From Vitrella brassicaformis CCMP3155 (lineage: Eukaryota; Protista; Chromerida), in assembly GCA_001179505.1 (NCBI GenBank), contig CDMY01000782.1, positions 1 to 20,456 on the forward strand: DNA of 20,456 bases, in the 5' to 3' direction. Within the stretch, counting starts at the first letter, position 1. The number at the start of each line of letters is the position of its first letter. Below the pieces are notes generated by a model that saw nothing but the letters and a program-made list of their open reading frames with translations, made no database searches and was not told where the DNA came from. This document shows positions 17,709 through 20,456 of this stretch, piece by piece. A program made the translations under genes and the position numbers.

Positions 17709-19622
17709 TCAGCACATGGCCACCGCCTGCCACACAGCACAAAGACACTGTCGACGATGGAGAGGGCGACCAACACACGCGCACGCCACGTGCCGTGGAA
17801 GAGCGGACCAACACACATACAACACACACATCCACTGACCTGTGCACGACCAGCGTGGCTGTGGGACGCCGACTGACCTGGTTGGGCAGCTGAGAGGCGT
17901 CCATGCGGGCCGCCGCGTACACCTAAATGCCCACAGCACAGCAGAGCGTAAAAGGTGATGGTGCCGTGTGTGGGTGGTGCTGCCTCCCATCCATCGCCGC
18001 ACCTGCACGAGCATTTGGTGGAGGAACTCGAAAGTATCTACGGGAGCCTGAAGGACCAGAAGAGACAGAGACGGACACTGGATGGCATCGACGAGTGGCT
18101 CCTGTGCTCTGCGTCTTACCTGTGCCCCGGGGGTGTCCTGGTGGGACGCCGCCGATGATGGCGCTGGCGACCGGGGCAGCACAGGAGGCGGCAGGGATGA
18201 CGAGCGGCCTCTGCAGACGGCGGGCATGCCCACGGAAACCTGATGGACCGGACAGAAAGATATGGACACTGCATGGCGCCAGCAAGTGGTTGCTTGCGCG
18301 CGCCTTACCTGTACGTCATCGTCAGGGTTGTGGTGGCCAGATGGTGATGTGTCATCATGCGGCGACGGGGACACCACTCGAGGCGACACGAAGGACAACC
18401 GGCCTCTGCTGTGGCTGCCGCCCTGGTCGAGAGCTCGCGGTGCGATGATCGTGTTGTGGTGGTTGTCCTCTGTCATCTCCGCCGGCCCCTCCTCGACCTC
18501 GCGAGGCGGCACTGAGGTCATCTTGGCGGTGAAGAAGGAGCATGACGTCGTCCACTCGCACAGCGGCTCACTCGTCAGACCGCCGACACCCTGACAGACA
18601 GACAGACAGACAGACAGACACACAGACGGACACAAGGGAGGGAGAGCAGTGAATCCCGGGAGCCATGTCTGTCAGTGCATTCACACACTGACCTGCTGCA
18701 GCTGCTGCAGGCCTTCGCTCTCTCCTCCTTGTCCAAGGTCCCCCGACGCACCACCTGCACACACACAGAGAGCTCTTGGTGCATCTGATGAATCGCCGTG
18801 TCATCCCTGTGTCGCCTCATACCCCAACCACCAGCAGCAGACACAGCACTAGCAGTAGCGGCAAGGGAAGAGGGCACCGAGGAGCCATCCGCCCTCACAG
18901 CAGCATGGGCCTGCAGACACACACATGTGCATCAGATTGCCCGCCGCTGACGTCGTCTCTCCTCCCAAGGGAATACCGAGTGAGGTGCGTCAGGTGCGTC
19001 ACTTTCCTCTCCTTCTACACCAGTCGCCTCGCCAGCACCGACCTGAGGGCACACCACACCACACGAAGCCATGCAAGTGCACCCACATCCCGCACATATG
19101 TCGACGTGCGCACCTGTGAGCTGTCGATGATTCGCCTCATGTCGTCGACTTGCGACTCGATGCGCATCAGCCCCTCAGACAGCCGACCAGAAAGGGCGTC
19201 TCGGGTCGCCGACAGATCGACGCACTGACACATAAGAAGCCAATACATGAGGCACTTGCTCACGGAAGCGACCGGGCGCATACCTGTGTCTGCAGTGTGT
19301 CGGCGAGGTCACGCATGAGATCCAGCCCCGCCCGCATGCGATGGAGTAAGTCACTATCACTGACGGCCTGCACGACATGAGCGCCACACACACACACACA
19401 CACACAAATGCGTTGGTGCGACAAGATGAGCCCGGTGCTGAGTGCTCACCTGATGGTTCGCGGCATGAGTGGCACTGCCGGGCAGACGAGTCGCAGACGA
19501 CCCACTGCCAGCACCACCACAATCACGTTCACCTGCCACACAGACGGACAAGACAGCATGGCTGATGAATGCCCGCCTGCTTCCCTCCGCTTGTGTGAGT
19601 GCATTTCACCTGCCGCTTCCAT
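17709..19622 (-). CDS. 12-exon hypothetical protein (338 aa; low-complexity with a coiled-coil-like segment)
   Basis: Exons 19610-19622, 19450-19532, 19284-19367, 19114-19224, 18977-19042, 18823-18910, 18693-18754, 18309-18590, 18120-18239, 18003-18047, 17878-17922, 17709-17726. All introns are GT-AG and phases are consistent; total 1017 nt, MEAAGERD...QLPNQAVAMC*. Confidence 0.75.
18593..18620. repeat. (GACA)n intronic microsatellite
   Basis: Directly visible, adjacent to the acceptor at 18591-18592. Confidence 0.95.
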
Positions 19623-20029
19623 CGTTAGGCCCCGTTGTCCTGTCCTACTCTCCGCCGATGCTAATCGCTTCCATGGTCACACGAGCAGCGATGCGACGGA
19701 ATTCAGTCGCTCCTTTGCAGCTCGTGTATCCTTACACCTGTCGTCCCCGACTCGCCTGCCGCTGAGCCGAAGGCTCGTCAGAACCCTTCAGCGCGAGCTG
19801 AGAAATGCGAGCTTAGAAGAAGTGAGAAGGGATTGAGTTGGAGTATCAGCAGTAGCTCGGGGTAGTGAGTAGGAATGTGACGAAGCCGAAAGAAGCATTC
19901 AGTGACGACGGAGGTCTCATGGACACGCGAGCTTGGGTCCACGCGCATCACAAGTCATGTCTCGTAGATCTCGCCCGTGTAACTCGGTCTCCGCTCTAAC
20001 TCCCCCTCTCGCTCGTCAGCTTTTGCTTG

Positions 20030-20456
20030 TCGTTGCTGTCGAGCGCTCAGCATGAGGTGTTGGCGGTCAGCGAGATCATCGAGAAAGAAACAGACGAGGT
20101 GCTTTTTCGGCTGTTTGTCAGCTCACAGCAGCTCGTCAAGCCATGCGGATGACGCTTGGAGAGATGGGAGGCATCTTGTGCTCTTGCTACCACCTCCGCA
20201 TCACCACGCGGCTTGGCACGGCACTCGCATGCACACCATGAACATGTAAGCGTGCCTTTTGTTGTTCTGACTGGCTGTTTGCCTCATCTATCTGCCTTTC
20301 CCTGCCTGTCTGTCCTTTCCTAGGCCCAGACTCGGCTGCGACAGAAGACACACACACACGTAAGCATGTGTCAATGTGAATTGTGTTTGTTTCTTTTGTT
20401 GGCTTCAGGGCTTGTGACGAAGCGCCACGCAAGCATCCTGAAGACCATGGTGCTGA
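20030..20456 (+). CDS. Partial plus-strand intron-containing gene running off the window
   Basis: HEVLAVSEIIEKETDEVLFRLFVSSQQLV, then a -1 break at ~20140 to AMRMTLGEMGGILCSCYHLRITTRLG. GTAAGC donors with pyrimidine-rich TAG/CAG acceptors on the plus strand at ~20246-20322 and ~20360-20408. Confidence 0.55.

Noticed and set aside
1-20456. tRNA, rRNA, snRNA genes or transposase/RT/Rep-helicase ORFs
   Set aside because: No recognisable sequence found by eye; an Infernal or HMM search would be needed to exclude divergent ones.

Overview
Eukaryotic, GC-rich, intron-dense DNA. It has short GT-AG introns full of CA/GT/CT/CAGA microsatellites and best fits a chromerid alveolate such as Vitrella (inference from style only). 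The supplied ORF track uses non-ATG starts and ignores introns, so I rebuilt gene models by hand. Every coding segment from 1 to about 19.6 kb is on the minus strand; a divergent plus-strand gene begins near 20 kb. The left ~14 kb is a mosaic of fragmented or frameshifted genes: a repeated unknown domain family, a MATH-like ORF joined to a Myb exon, a Skp1-like gene and a caspase-like fragment. These are separated by ten same-orientation copies of a ~25-65 bp module (minus strand: YAG|GTCATCGCTGCCTACATTTTATATTCGTTGG), eight with a 3' splice site at nearly fixed spacing. I found no copy in the right 8 kb, which holds cleaner genes, including a 12-exon gene ending 17 nt before an F-box-like ORF. 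Positions 1-590 recur at 13020-13609, next to a 300-N gap. Many frame breaks can be repaired by restoring one base in a GG/CC/AA run, which suggests consensus error, pseudogene decay or, least likely, recoding.
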